A DNA stretch of 64,000 nt from an uncultured Coriobacteriaceae bacterium. Its GTDB lineage: Bacteria > Actinomycetota > Coriobacteriia > Coriobacteriales > QAMH01. Where the stretch lies: the NCBI GenBank assembly GCA_900544245.1, contig UQUH01000003.1:145-64144 (forward strand), given 5' to 3'. The notes under the pieces are model-generated. The model was not told where the DNA came from. It was given only the letters and a program-made list of their open reading frames with translations, and did no database searches. Below, in pieces: positions 1 to 19,884 of this stretch. Numbering within the stretch: position 1 is the stretch's first letter; each line of letters begins with the position of its first letter. The position numbers and the translations under genes were made by a program.

Positions 1-116
1 TAATCTTGCGGGTTTAAAACCGAACTTATTGGTCAAGTTGGGCATGAGATGTCGTGGCGGGCGATACCGGAGTCTCTCGCTTCGGCAAGAACAGAATGAA
101 AACTGAAGGGAGAAAC

Positions 117-2666
117 ATGGAAACGATGGAAGTCGAATTCAAGGGCTATAAGTATCCACAGCCCAAGAAGGAAGATATTAACGGCGTTACCGTTATGACC
201 GATCGCCTTGAAAAGCTCAAGGAAGAGTGGGAGAACGCCCCTCAACAGATTTACGTTGATGACACCATCCTGTTCACGGAGTCCTGGAAAGAGACCGAGG
301 GTCTTCCCAAGGATTATCGTTGGGCCAAGGCATTCGAGAAGCGCATGCTCAACTGCCCCATCATCATTCGCGAGGGCGAGCTTATCGTTGGTTCCACTAC
401 CAAGTTCGTACGTGGCGCCAACACTCTTTGCGCTGCCAAGCCGCGCGAAATTCTGAAGTTCTGCGAGACTGGTCAATTTGATCGCAAATCTTCCGATATC
501 GCATCCTCTGATATCACCCCTGAAGATCTGCAGGCTCTCAAGGAGGACGCCGAGTACTGGATTCCTCGCATTCCCGAAAAGAACTTCGTGACCGCACAGG
601 TTGAGGAACTCATGGATGAGGAAACCCTCAACTGCTTTATGGATCGTGCTGGCATTTTTGAGGGTCGCGCTCCGCGCGTCGATCCCGATCGCGGCATTTT
701 CCAGAACTACGGTGCGTTTGCCAATGGCGATGGCGGTCCCACGCCCATGATTATGAATGCTGGCCTCAACGAGGTCATTCGCTCGTGCGAGGAGGAGCTC
801 GATCGTATCGAGCGCGAAGGCATTGGCGTCACGCAGGGCCTTTCCAACCAGTGGGGTTGGCGCAAGTTCTGGTTCCTGAAGTCCATGATTCTCACGTGCA
901 ATGCTCTCATCGCCTATGCGCAGCGCTATTCCGATCTCGCCGCAGAGCAGGCCAAGGAGTGCAAGGATCCCATTCGCAAGGCTGAGCTCGAGAAGATTGC
1001 AGACGTTTGCGCTCACGTCCCGGGCAACGCGCCTCGTGATTTCTGGGAGGCCGTGCAGTGGTTCCGTTTCGTGCATATGTGCCTCTACAAGGAAAGCCCC
1101 GAGCGTCCCGCTGTCCCCATGGGTGGCATTGATCGCATGTTTGGCCCCTATCTTGACAAGGATCTCGCTGAGGGCAAGATCACGCTTCAAGAGGCGGCCG
1201 AGCTGCTCGGCGCTTTGTGGCTCAAGACCCGCGAGAATGAGCAGCTTGTCACTATTAAGCGCAACCATCGTGCTGCACCGGGCACACTGCTTCCTGATGT
1301 CACAATTTGCGGTCTCGATGAGAATGGCATGGATGAGACCAACACAGTGTCCTGGCTGGCTCTTGAGGTCATGCGTCAGATGAGGCTTTCCGAGCCCACC
1401 ATCTATATTCGCTACCATAAGGATATGGACAAGGAATTCCTCACCCATGCGCTCGAGTGCAATCGCGACTTCGGCGGCGGCAATCCCGCATTCCTGAATT
1501 ACCAGCTCGGTACCCAGCGCTATCTGGAGCGCGGCGTACCGCTATCCGACGCTGCTTATTGGACCGCCTCTGGCTGCCTTGGCTATCATATGGATCGCGC
1601 TCAGCACATGGCTGGCATCCTCAATCTCAACCTGCCGAAGGTCTTCGAGGTTATGCTCAACGATGGTGTCGATCCCATTACGGGTCTGCGCTGCGCGCCC
1701 GAGCTGCTCAAGGCTTCTGAGCTGAAGAACTGGGAGGAAGTTAAGGAGGCCTACTTTACCTACCTTGACTACTTCATGAAGAAGATGCGCCAGTTCTACC
1801 TGCTGTGGTTTGGCTCTGAAGAAGAGAACGGCCCCATGTCGTCCTACACGGCCGCTCTCTACTACCCGGACACCATCAAGTGGGGCATGGGCATGCGCGA
1901 GGGCGCGAATCCTTACAACGTATGTCGTGTGCACTGGCTCGGCGATCGCGGCCTCACTGACATTGCCGATGATCTGGCTGGCATTCGTTATGTGGTTGAC
2001 GACAAGAAGCTGTGCACGCTCCCCGAGCTCATCGAGGCCATGCGCAACAATTGGGAGGGTCACGAGGACCTGCAGGCTGCTTGTCATAATGCGCCTAAGT
2101 ACGGCAACGACGATCCCTATGTTGACGACATCTTCGCGGAGATTGCCGTGAGGGTTCCCGAGCTGTTCCAGAGCCGCCCGGACATCTACTCCGGCGAGAA
2201 GCCGATGCTCTTCAAGGGTGCTGCTTCCGGTCACGTTGTCTCCGGCAAGCTCGTCGGAGCGCTGCCTAATGGTCGCGTGAAAGGCGAGCCGCTGAACGAT
2301 GCCGGCACCTCTGCTGGTCCTGGTGCGGACGTTAACGGTCCTACTGCTAACGTCAACTCCGCTACGGTAGTCCAGGTTGCCAAAGAATACTGCGGATGTG
2401 CCCACAACATGCGTTTCACGCGTGGAGTTGTCAATTCTCCGGAGAAGATCGAGAAGCTTCTCACGTTGCTCAACGTCTACTTCAAGAGGGGCGGCTGGCA
2501 CATCCAGTTCAACATGTTGGACGATGAGGAGCTGCGCGATGCGAAGGTCAACCCCGAGAAGCACAAGGACCTCTGCGTACGCGTCGGTGGTTATGCGGCC
2601 TACTTCGTTGATTTGCCTTGGGAGCTCCAAGACGAAATCATCTCTCGTACTGCTCACGAGATTTAG
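117..2666 (+). CDS. Glycyl radical enzyme, pyruvate formate-lyase-like family (substrate unassigned)
   Basis: ORF 54..2666. ATG at 117 is preceded by GAAGGGAG (104-111). About 849 aa. Glycyl-radical fingerprint VRVGGYAAYF lies ~25 aa from the C-terminus. Mid-protein Cys loop reads WTASGCLGYH. Confidence 0.85.
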   Translation: METMEVEFKGYKYPQPKKEDINGVTVMTDRLEKLKEEWENAPQQIYVDDTILFTESWKETEGLPKDYRWAKAFEKRMLNCPIIIREGELIVGSTTKFVRGANTLCAAKPREILKFCETGQFDRKSSDIASSDITPEDLQALKEDAEYWIPRIPEKNFVTAQVEELMDEETLNCFMDRAGIFEGRAPRVDPDRGIFQNYGAFANGDGGPTPMIMNAGLNEVIRSCEEELDRIEREGIGVTQGLSNQWGWRKFWFLKSMILTCNALIAYAQRYSDLAAEQAKECKDPIRKAELEKIADVCAHVPGNAPRDFWEAVQWFRFVHMCLYKESPERPAVPMGGIDRMFGPYLDKDLAEGKITLQEAAELLGALWLKTRENEQLVTIKRNHRAAPGTLLPDVTICGLDENGMDETNTVSWLALEVMRQMRLSEPTIYIRYHKDMDKEFLTHALECNRDFGGGNPAFLNYQLGTQRYLERGVPLSDAAYWTASGCLGYHMDRAQHMAGILNLNLPKVFEVMLNDGVDPITGLRCAPELLKASELKNWEEVKEAYFTYLDYFMKKMRQFYLLWFGSEEENGPMSSYTAALYYPDTIKWGMGMREGANPYNVCRVHWLGDRGLTDIADDLAGIRYVVDDKKLCTLPELIEAMRNNWEGHEDLQAACHNAPKYGNDDPYVDDIFAEIAVRVPELFQSRPDIYSGEKPMLFKGAASGHVVSGKLVGALPNGRVKGEPLNDAGTSAGPGADVNGPTANVNSATVVQVAKEYCGCAHNMRFTRGVVNSPEKIEKLLTLLNVYFKRGGWHIQFNMLDDEELRDAKVNPEKHKDLCVRVGGYAAYFVDLPWELQDEIISRTAHEI

Positions 2667-2763
2667 GATTTGTGCAGGAGTCGATGAACGGGGCTTTTCG
2701 GATTGTGCCCCAGGATCCTGATGCAGGGATTCCAGCTGTTTCAATCCATTCCTGATGACCAAA

Positions 2764-2803
2764 AGAGAGGAGCGAGGTGTCTCGCTCCTCTCTATGGTTT
2801 TCT
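2764..2803 (+). terminator. Rho-independent terminator after the glycyl radical enzyme gene
   Basis: 13-bp perfect stem AGAGAGGAGCGAG / CTCGCTCCTCTCT with GTGT loop, followed by ATGGTTTTCT. Confidence 0.6.
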
Positions 2804-2818
2804 GTTAGCGTTCGAGAC

Positions 2819-2872
2819 ATGAAAAGAATCCAAGCTCTGTTTATCGGTTCGCGAGCTTCGGATTCTTTTCAT
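2819..2872. repeat. Imperfect 19/20-nt inverted repeat upstream of the MFS gene
   Basis: ATGAAAAGAATCCAAGCTC ...15 nt... GAGCTTCGGATTCTTTTCAT, with one extra C in the right arm. Confidence 0.6.
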
Positions 2873-2925
2873 ATTGCCGATTCTTCCAAAGTAAGCTGCA
2901 TCTCATTTACGCACTATTCGAAGGG

Positions 2926-4119
2926 ATGGGAGCAATGACGAAAACGACAAAAAGTTCCACGATTTGGAGCGTGCCTTTTGTCGCTCTGATGGTGGCCAAC
3001 TTCTTTCAAAGCATAGTTTCGTTTGCCGCGCATACCACGCTGCCCGTATATGCTCATGCGCTTGGCGCCTCGACGGCGATGGTCGGTTTTGTCTCGGGAG
3101 GTTTTGCAGTCACCGCCCTGCTTGTTCGCCCTTTCGCGGGCCCGGCATTTGATAGCTATTCGCGCAAGTGGCTATATGTTGCGGCCCTGGGAATAATCGG
3201 CATGGCGTTTGTGGTCCTTATCGTCGTGGACAATCTTGCGTTGTTGATTGTCGCGCGTTTGATACAAGGTGTGGGGATCGGGTGTGCGGGTCCCCTGGCT
3301 ATGTCGCTTGTCTCGGAGTATTTGCCAGCTAGCAAGTTTTCGAGCGGAATCAGCATCTTTACCCTTTCGCAGTCCTTTGCGCAGGTCATGGGACCTGCTC
3401 TGGGCCTTTTCCTCGTCGATAGCATGGGGTTTCCTGGCATGTGCCTTGCATGCCTCGCCTCGATTCTAATCGCCATTCTCAGCCTCGCGTTCGTGAAGGA
3501 ACCTTGCCGGGAGGCTCTTCCCTATGTCCTTAAATTGGATCGAATGTTTGCCAGGGAGGCGGTGATTGCAGCTGCTGCGATCTTGCTGTTGGCCATATCC
3601 TTCTCATGCACGGCGGCGTACATTGTGTTGTATGGAAATGTGCTTAACGTCGATAACATGGGCGCATATTTCTCCGTTTACGCCGGATGTCTCTTGCTGA
3701 CACGCCCCATCTTCGGAAGGCTTTCGGATGAGTACGGAGCTCCTCGCATACTACTCATAGGTATTGCGTTCTTTGCGGCATCCTATGTCGCGTTGCATTT
3801 CGCATCCGATTTCGGCGGGTTCATGATCGCCGCCGTACTGGGGTCTGCAGGATACGGCGTGTGCATGCCCCTGCTCCAGTCGCTTGCGCTTATCGCGGCG
3901 CCAATGGATCGACGAGGCGCGGCGAGTAATACTGCCTATACGGGCCTTGACCTCGGCATGTTGCTCGGTCCTATCTTTGGTGGCTTTGTCATCGAGGTGT
4001 TCGCGGGTATGACGGGTAGCCAGATCGCGGGTTATTCCGACATGTGGCTTGCCATGATCATCCCCATAGCCGCTGCACTCGTCATCATTCTGTATTGGAA
4101 CTTGAGGCCTGTACGGTAA
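2926..4119 (+). CDS. MFS transporter (12-TM type)
   Basis: 397-aa hydrophobic ORF with repeated TM segments and MFS-like loop motifs (LLVRPFAGPAFDSYSRK, LTRPIFGRLSDEYG). The start could be 2926 or 2935. Confidence 0.8.
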   Translation: MGAMTKTTKSSTIWSVPFVALMVANFFQSIVSFAAHTTLPVYAHALGASTAMVGFVSGGFAVTALLVRPFAGPAFDSYSRKWLYVAALGIIGMAFVVLIVVDNLALLIVARLIQGVGIGCAGPLAMSLVSEYLPASKFSSGISIFTLSQSFAQVMGPALGLFLVDSMGFPGMCLACLASILIAILSLAFVKEPCREALPYVLKLDRMFAREAVIAAAAILLLAISFSCTAAYIVLYGNVLNVDNMGAYFSVYAGCLLLTRPIFGRLSDEYGAPRILLIGIAFFAASYVALHFASDFGGFMIAAVLGSAGYGVCMPLLQSLALIAAPMDRRGAASNTAYTGLDLGMLLGPIFGGFVIEVFAGMTGSQIAGYSDMWLAMIIPIAAALVIILYWNLRPVR

Positions 4120-4280
4120 AGACCATGAGGCTGCGCGCATGCAAGAGATGCAGTTTGACTTCTGGCTGCTGGCAGGCCTCATTGCCCGGTATCTGATGCC
4201 CAGTGCTTGACCACTCCTGCGAATATGATTGCCTGTCGTGGTAATCTATATAAAGTTATGCCCAAGCGGAGGGGGAGAAC

Positions 4281-5864
4281 ATGCTCGAGAAGGCCGATCT
4301 CAAGAAACGCATCGACAAGGAAGAATACGAGCAACGCAAGAAGGAGCTCACCGAGAAGCTCGTGCGTTTGCAGCAGCAGTGCATCCGCGAGAAGTTCCCC
4401 GTCGTTGTCTGCGTGGATGGCTGGAGTGCGTCGGGCAAGGGCACGAGCATCTCCAAGCTGGTGAAAGATCTCGACGCCCGCGCGTTCACCGTGTATTCGA
4501 TGAACGACCCCACGGAAGAAGAGTGCCGCTATCCGCTCATGAAGCGCTTCTGGGAGCGCGTCGGCCAGTACGGCACCATGACATTCTTCGACAAGAGCTG
4601 GTATTCCGAGATCATCAAAAACCTCTCCGGCATGATTCATAGCGGCAAGGGGGCTGCGCATCTGCCGCAGCCCAAGATTCGCGATCATGTTGATTACATC
4701 GTGAAGTCGCGTAACGGCGAGGCAGGTCTCTTCGCCGAATCCGCCCAGATTTTCGAGGGCCAGCTCGTCGCCGATGGCTATCTCATCATCAAGCTGTTCT
4801 TCCACATCAGCAAAAAGGAACAGGCCAAGCGCCTCGAGGCCCTTGAAGCTGATAAGACGACCGCGTGGCGCGTCAACGAAGAGGATCTCTACCAGAACAA
4901 GAACTACGACAAGACGCTGCCTATCATCGACAAACTTCTCGAGCTCACCGATAACGCCGATGCCCCCTGGCACATCATCGCTGCCGAAAACCGCCGCGTG
5001 CGTCGCATCGAGTTTCTCGAGACGCTCGTTGCCGAAATCGAGGAGGGGTTGGCTCGCCACGTCAAGATCAAGGAGAACCCCGTCATCATCCCCGATGACT
5101 TCCCGCTGCCGCGCACGCGCCACGACCTCGTGGAGGTTCAGACGGTCGAGGAAATTCGTCACGATCTCACGATCGATCCCGAGGAGTACCGCAACGAGCT
5201 CAAGAAGGAGCAGGAGCGGCTCAACACCCTGCAATTCGAGATGTACCGCAGGCAGATCCCGATGATGCTCGTCTTCGAGGGTTGGGATGCGGCTGGCAAG
5301 GGCGGCGCCATCAAACGCATAGCCGCGGCGCTCGATGCCCGCGATTACCGCGTCATTCCCTCGGGCGCACCCACCAAACCCGAGAAGGAGCATCCCTTCC
5401 TGTGGCGTTACTGGGTCAGCCTGCCCAAGAGCGGGCATACCGCGATTTACGACCGTTCCTGGTACGGCCGTGTCATGGTCGAGCGTGTGGAGGGCTTTTG
5501 CACCGATTCCGATTGGCGTCGCGCCTTCGAGGAGATCAATGACTTCGAGTGGGAGATGTTCCGTACGGGTGCGCTGCTCATGAAGTTCTGGGTCGACGTG
5601 AGCCAGGACGAGCAGCTCGCGCGCTTCGAGGCGCGCAAGAACGACCCGGACAAGGCGTGGAAGCTCACGGACGAGGACTGGCGCAATCGCGAGAAGTATC
5701 CGCAGTACTGCGTGGCCATCAACGATATGCTACGCATGACCTCGACGTACTTCGCCCCCTGGAACATCATCGAGTCCGATGACAAGAAGTACGCGCGCAT
5801 CAAGACGATCAAGGCCATCAACGCCGCGATCGAGGAACGCCTGAAACAGGATAAGAAGAATTAA
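4281..5864 (+). CDS. ppk2: Two-domain polyphosphate kinase 2 family protein (polyphosphate:AMP/NMP phosphotransferase-like)
   Basis: 527 aa. Two tandem PPK2 modules each carry a Walker-A-like motif (DGWSASGKG, EGWDAAGKGG) and DKSWY / DRSWYGR lid motifs. RBS GGAGGGGGAG lies upstream of the ATG. Confidence 0.85.
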   Translation: MLEKADLKKRIDKEEYEQRKKELTEKLVRLQQQCIREKFPVVVCVDGWSASGKGTSISKLVKDLDARAFTVYSMNDPTEEECRYPLMKRFWERVGQYGTMTFFDKSWYSEIIKNLSGMIHSGKGAAHLPQPKIRDHVDYIVKSRNGEAGLFAESAQIFEGQLVADGYLIIKLFFHISKKEQAKRLEALEADKTTAWRVNEEDLYQNKNYDKTLPIIDKLLELTDNADAPWHIIAAENRRVRRIEFLETLVAEIEEGLARHVKIKENPVIIPDDFPLPRTRHDLVEVQTVEEIRHDLTIDPEEYRNELKKEQERLNTLQFEMYRRQIPMMLVFEGWDAAGKGGAIKRIAAALDARDYRVIPSGAPTKPEKEHPFLWRYWVSLPKSGHTAIYDRSWYGRVMVERVEGFCTDSDWRRAFEEINDFEWEMFRTGALLMKFWVDVSQDEQLARFEARKNDPDKAWKLTDEDWRNREKYPQYCVAINDMLRMTSTYFAPWNIIESDDKKYARIKTIKAINAAIEERLKQDKKN

Positions 5865-6031
5865 TCCCTCATTTGCCCTTGCCAAGAAAGACGAAGTGCG
5901 CATCGAGCCTGTCTGACATCAAAATAAACTCAGGTTCAGATAATAAATCACCTAAAACATACCATTCGCCGATAAATTGCGCACGTTTGCGATTACATTT
6001 GCAGTGAAACAACCGCTCATCCAAAAACTTC

Positions 6032-6060
6032 TTGACCCCTTATACGCGCGCGCATATCCT
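6032..6060 (+). promoter_or_regulatory. Candidate sigma-70-type promoter for rpoB
   Basis: TTGACC (6032-6037), 17-nt spacer, TATCCT (6055-6060), at the end of an AT-rich tract and ~57 nt upstream of the rpoB GTG. Confidence 0.45.
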
Positions 6061-6116
6061 CTCGCTCGTGTATCACCCGTTTCGTAGCTTCATCGGACAA
6101 CTATAAGGAGGATATA

Positions 6117-9944
<3,828 letters not shown>

Positions 9945-9947
9945 GCC

Positions 9948-14366
<4,419 letters not shown>

Positions 14367-14404
14367 GGCTGTCAAGCATTTTTTCGCTCGAAATACGCGA
14401 ACAG

Positions 14405-14437
14405 AAAACCCCCGGTCACATGACCGGGGGTTTTCTT
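14405..14437 (+). terminator. Rho-independent terminator after rpoC
   Basis: AAAACCCCCGGTCA / TGACCGGGGGTTTT hairpin followed by a TTTTCTT run. Confidence 0.7.
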
Positions 14438-14483
14438 GGGATCAGGGGCGAAAAAAGTTTGGCCACACCCGGGTGCGTGGCGT

Positions 14484-14512
14484 TTGACAGCCTCAGATCA
14501 GACGAGTAGTCT
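14484..14512 (+). promoter_or_regulatory. Candidate promoter of the rpsL-rpsG-fusA operon
   Basis: TTGACA (14484-14489), 17-nt spacer, TAGTCT (14507-14512), ~70 nt upstream of the rpsL TTG start. Confidence 0.5.
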
Positions 14513-14583
14513 ACCGCCTTGCGCTTTTGAAACCTGCAAAAGCACCACTACGGTAAACCGGTAGCAAAACGAAAGGAACTACA

Positions 14584-14958
14584 TTGCCTACCATTAATCA
14601 GCTGGTCCGCAAGGGCCGCGCGAAGGCAGTCGACAAATCCAAGTCGCCCGCCCTCAAGGGCAATCCCCAGAAGCGTGGGGTTTGCACGCGCGTCTACACC
14701 GCAACCCCCAAGAAGCCCAATTCGGCTCTTCGCAAGGTTGCCCGTGTCCGTCTCGTCAACGGCATGGAAGTCACCGCTTACATCCCCGGCATCGGCCACA
14801 ACCTGCAGGAGCACTCGATGGTGCTCATCCGCGGCGGCCGCGTCAAGGACCTCCCCGGTGTCCGCTACAAGATCATCCGCGGTACGCTCGATACCGCTTC
14901 CGTGTCCGACCGTGCTCAGGCCCGTAGCCGCTACGGCGCCAAGAAGCCCAAGAACTAA
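14584..14958 (+). CDS. rpsL: 30S ribosomal protein S12
   Basis: 124 aa, [11 protein letters not shown]...[10 protein letters not shown] signature, TTG start. Confidence 0.97.
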   Translation: MPTINQLVRKGRAKAVDKSKSPALKGNPQKRGVCTRVYTATPKKPNSALRKVARVRLVNGMEVTAYIPGIGHNLQEHSMVLIRGGRVKDLPGVRYKIIRGTLDTASVSDRAQARSRYGAKKPKN

Positions 14959-14972
14959 GAAGGGGGAGAGAT

Positions 14973-15443
14973 ATGCCACGTCGTTCCGCTGCAGTACGCC
15001 GCGAGATCACTCCGGATGCTGTATACAACAATCGCCTCGTCACGCAGCTCATCAACAAGATCCTGCTCGACGGCAAGCGCTCGACTGCCGAGAGCATCGT
15101 CTACGGTGCGTTTGACATCGTCGAGGCCAAGACCGGCGAAGATCCCCTGAGCGTCTTCAAGAAGGCCATGGACAACGTCCGCCCGACCGTCGAGGTCAAG
15201 CCCCGTCGCGTCGGCGGCGCCACGTACCAGGTGCCCACCGAGGTCAACTCCCGCCGCGCCACCACGCTCGCCATCCGTTGGATCGTCGGCTATTCGCGCG
15301 ACCGCAAGGAGCGCAGCATGGCCGAGCGCCTCGCCAACGAGATCATGGATGCATCCAATGGTCTGGGCGCGTCCGTCAAGAAGCGCGAAGACGTCTACAA
15401 GATGGCCGAATCCAATCGCGCCTTCTCTCACTATCGCTGGTAG
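14973..15443 (+). CDS. rpsG: 30S ribosomal protein S7
   Basis: 156 aa with typical S7 sequence ([24 protein letters not shown]...). Confidence 0.97.
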   Translation: MPRRSAAVRREITPDAVYNNRLVTQLINKILLDGKRSTAESIVYGAFDIVEAKTGEDPLSVFKKAMDNVRPTVEVKPRRVGGATYQVPTEVNSRRATTLAIRWIVGYSRDRKERSMAERLANEIMDASNGLGASVKKREDVYKMAESNRAFSHYRW

Positions 15444-15455
15444 GAGGTATACACA

Positions 15456-17567
<2,112 letters not shown>

Positions 17568-17602
17568 CGCGAATCCGCTTGATATATGGAGGTTTGAGTT
17601 AA

Positions 17603-17917
17603 GTGGCCAACAAGAAGCAAAAGATTCGCATCAGGCTCAAGGGCTACGATCACGAGATCGTCGACAAGTCGACCAAGCTCATCGTCGAGACCGCAGCCAA
17701 GACCGGTGCGCGTATCAGCGGCCCCATCCCGCTGCCGACCGAGCGTAACCTGTACACCGTCATCCGCTCGCCGCACGTCAACAAGGACTCGCGCGAGCAG
17801 TTCGAGATGCGCACGCACAAGCGCCTCATCGACATCCTCGACCCGACGCCCAACACCGTCGACTCGCTCATGCGTCTCGACCTGCCGGCTGGTGTCGATA
17901 TCGAGATCAAGCTCTAA
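17603..17917 (+). CDS. rpsJ: 30S ribosomal protein S10
   Basis: 104 aa, GTG start, [14 protein letters not shown]...[13 protein letters not shown]. Confidence 0.97.
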   Translation: MANKKQKIRIRLKGYDHEIVDKSTKLIVETAAKTGARISGPIPLPTERNLYTVIRSPHVNKDSREQFEMRTHKRLIDILDPTPNTVDSLMRLDLPAGVDIEIKL

Positions 17918-17946
17918 GGCAATAGGGCATAACGCATGCAGGGAAA

Positions 17947-17977
17947 GGGGGTCGCTCATGACGAGCGGCCCCTTTTT
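17947..17977 (+). terminator. Intrinsic terminator/attenuator hairpin directly after rpsJ
   Basis: GGGGTCGCTC (17948-17957), loop ATGAC, GAGCGGCCCC (17963-17972): 10 bp including one G.U pair. Followed by TTTTT (17973-17977). Confidence 0.6.
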
Positions 17978-18218
17978 CACGTTCTGCGTCGAGCATGCTT
18001 TAAAAGAAATCGACGCGCGATTCCCAGATAATCCCGAACTTTTCCTAGCATTCCGTGGCGCACAGGGGTAATATATCGAACGCTGTGCATTTTTGGCGCG
18101 GTGTGTCTAACTCCTGGCGCAAATCTCACGTGCAAAGGGAGCAGGCTCGAAGCCGCGATCCGCTGAGAGAAAGCAAAACCGCTTTCCGCCTCAAGATCGC
18201 CTGACAGTAAGGTTGGTA

Positions 18219-18839
18219 ATGGTCAACACGATTCTCGGCCGCAAGCTGGGCATGACGCAAGTCTGGGGAGAGGATGACACCATCATCCCCGTGACCGTCA
18301 TCCAGGCTGGCCCCTGCGTTATCTCGCAGGTCAAGACCACCGACACCGACGGCTATGAGGCCGTGCAAATCGGTTTCGGTGACATCAAGGAAAAGAAGGT
18401 AAACAAGCCCATGCAGGGCCACTTCGCAAAGGCAGGCGTAGCGCCCATGCGCTACCTGCGCGAGGTCCGCGTCGAGGATGCCTCCGAGCATGCAGTCGGT
18501 GACACGCTCACCGTCGAGGCGTTCAACGATGTCGACAAGGTCGACGTCATCGGCGTCAGCAAGGGCAAGGGTTTCGCCGGCGTCATCAAGCGTTACGGTT
18601 TTGCCGGCGGTCCCGGTGGCCATGGTCACCACTTCCACCGCGCCCCCGGTTCGGTGGGCATGTGCGCTTACCCCGCACGCGTTCTCAAGGGTCTCCGTCT
18701 CCCCGGCCACATGGGCTGCGACCGCGTCACGGTCCGCAACCTTAAGCTGGTGCGCGTTGACGAGGAGAACAACCTCATGTTGGTCAAGGGTGCCGTTCCT
18801 GGTGGCAAGGGCGCTCTCGTTCAGATCCGTATGGCTTAG
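18219..18839 (+). CDS. rplC: 50S ribosomal protein L3
   Basis: ORF from 18213 (TTG). ATG at 18219 with TAAGG upstream is preferred. [12 protein letters not shown]... L3 signature. Confidence 0.95.
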   Translation: MVNTILGRKLGMTQVWGEDDTIIPVTVIQAGPCVISQVKTTDTDGYEAVQIGFGDIKEKKVNKPMQGHFAKAGVAPMRYLREVRVEDASEHAVGDTLTVEAFNDVDKVDVIGVSKGKGFAGVIKRYGFAGGPGGHGHHFHRAPGSVGMCAYPARVLKGLRLPGHMGCDRVTVRNLKLVRVDEENNLMLVKGAVPGGKGALVQIRMA

Positions 18840-18853
18840 AGGAGGGCAGATCA

Positions 18854-19477
18854 ATGGCACAAATCAAGATCACTGACTCCGCTGGCAAGTCTGCGGGTAC
18901 GATCGAGGTATCCGATGGCATCTTCGCCATCGAGCCCAACGGCGCATGCATCCATCAGGTCGTTCGCAGCCAGATGGCCGCTCGTCGTCAGGGTACGCAT
19001 GACACCAAGACCCGCGGTCAGGTTTCCGGCGGTGGCCGTAAGCCGTTCCGCCAGAAGGGTACCGGCCGCGCCCGTCAGGGCACGACGCGCGCCGCGCAGT
19101 TCCGTCATGGCGGCGTTGTCTTTGGCCCGCATCCCCGTTCCTACGCTTTCCGCGTGAACAACAAGGTCGTCAAGCTCGCCATGGCATCCGTGCTTTCCGG
19201 CAAGCTCGCGGCAGACGAGCTCTTCGTCGTCGACGGCTTCAACTTCGAGAAGCCCTCGACCAAGGCCGCTGCCAAGGCTCTCGAGGCCCTCGGTTGCAAG
19301 GGTCGCGTCACCGTCGTCGTCAATGACGAGGACGTCAACTCGTTCCTTTCCTTCCGCAACCTCGAGAAGGTTCGCGTCATCGGCGCCTCCGAGTCCAACA
19401 CCTACGACCTGCTCGATAACGGGTCTCTGGTCATGACCAAGGACGCCGTCGAGTATGTTCAGGAGGTGCTGAGCTAA
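18854..19477 (+). CDS. rplD: 50S ribosomal protein L4
   Basis: 207 aa, typical L4 ([32 protein letters not shown]). Confidence 0.95.
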   Translation: MAQIKITDSAGKSAGTIEVSDGIFAIEPNGACIHQVVRSQMAARRQGTHDTKTRGQVSGGGRKPFRQKGTGRARQGTTRAAQFRHGGVVFGPHPRSYAFRVNNKVVKLAMASVLSGKLAADELFVVDGFNFEKPSTKAAAKALEALGCKGRVTVVVNDEDVNSFLSFRNLEKVRVIGASESNTYDLLDNGSLVMTKDAVEYVQEVLS

Positions 19478-19764
19478 TGGAGGCACGTCAGATCATCATC
19501 CGCCCGATCATCACCGAGCGTTCGTTCGACATGCAGGACTTCAATCGCTACACGTTCGAGGTCGCCAAGACTGCCAGCAAGATCGAGATTGCCAAGGCAA
19601 TCGAGGAGATCTTCAACGTGCATGTCACCAAGGTGAACACCGCCAACGTGAAGTCCAAGCCCAAGCGTCAACGCTACGTTCAGGGTCGCACGCGTACCTG
19701 GAAGAAGGCCATCGTCACGCTCGCCGAGGGTGACAAGATCGAGCTGTTCGCCAGCCAGGATTAA
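19477..19764 (+). CDS. rplW: 50S ribosomal protein L23
   Basis: 95 aa. ATG overlaps the rplD stop (TAATG). Typical L23 sequence. Confidence 0.95.
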   Translation: MEARQIIIRPIITERSFDMQDFNRYTFEVAKTASKIEIAKAIEEIFNVHVTKVNTANVKSKPKRQRYVQGRTRTWKKAIVTLAEGDKIELFASQD

Positions 19765-19867
19765 TCGGTTACTGAGTTTCCCCTTGGTGCGGGGAGACTT
19801 TAAGGGTGTCGAGCGCTCGACATGGAGCCACCCGGCACCGTGGTAAATCCGGAGTCGACAACCGTAT

Positions 19868-19884
19868 GGAGGTGCACCACCTCC
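19868..19884 (+). other. Stem-loop pairing an SD-like with an anti-SD-like heptamer (GGAGGTG-CAC-CACCTCC) in the rplW-rplB spacer
   Basis: Perfect 7-bp stem with a 3-nt loop, read directly from the sequence. Confidence 0.6.

Noticed and set aside
33-2762. ORFs 33..1448 and 1542..2762 on the - strand opposite the glycyl radical enzyme.
   Set aside because: They are antisense to a gene with clear family motifs, have no motifs of their own, and have no RBS.
17959-18072. 37-aa ORF (MTSGPFFTFCVEHALKEIDARF...) in the rpsJ-rplC spacer.
   Set aside because: Its ATG sits inside the terminator loop, it has no RBS, and its composition is atypical. It is more likely non-coding leader or promoter sequence.
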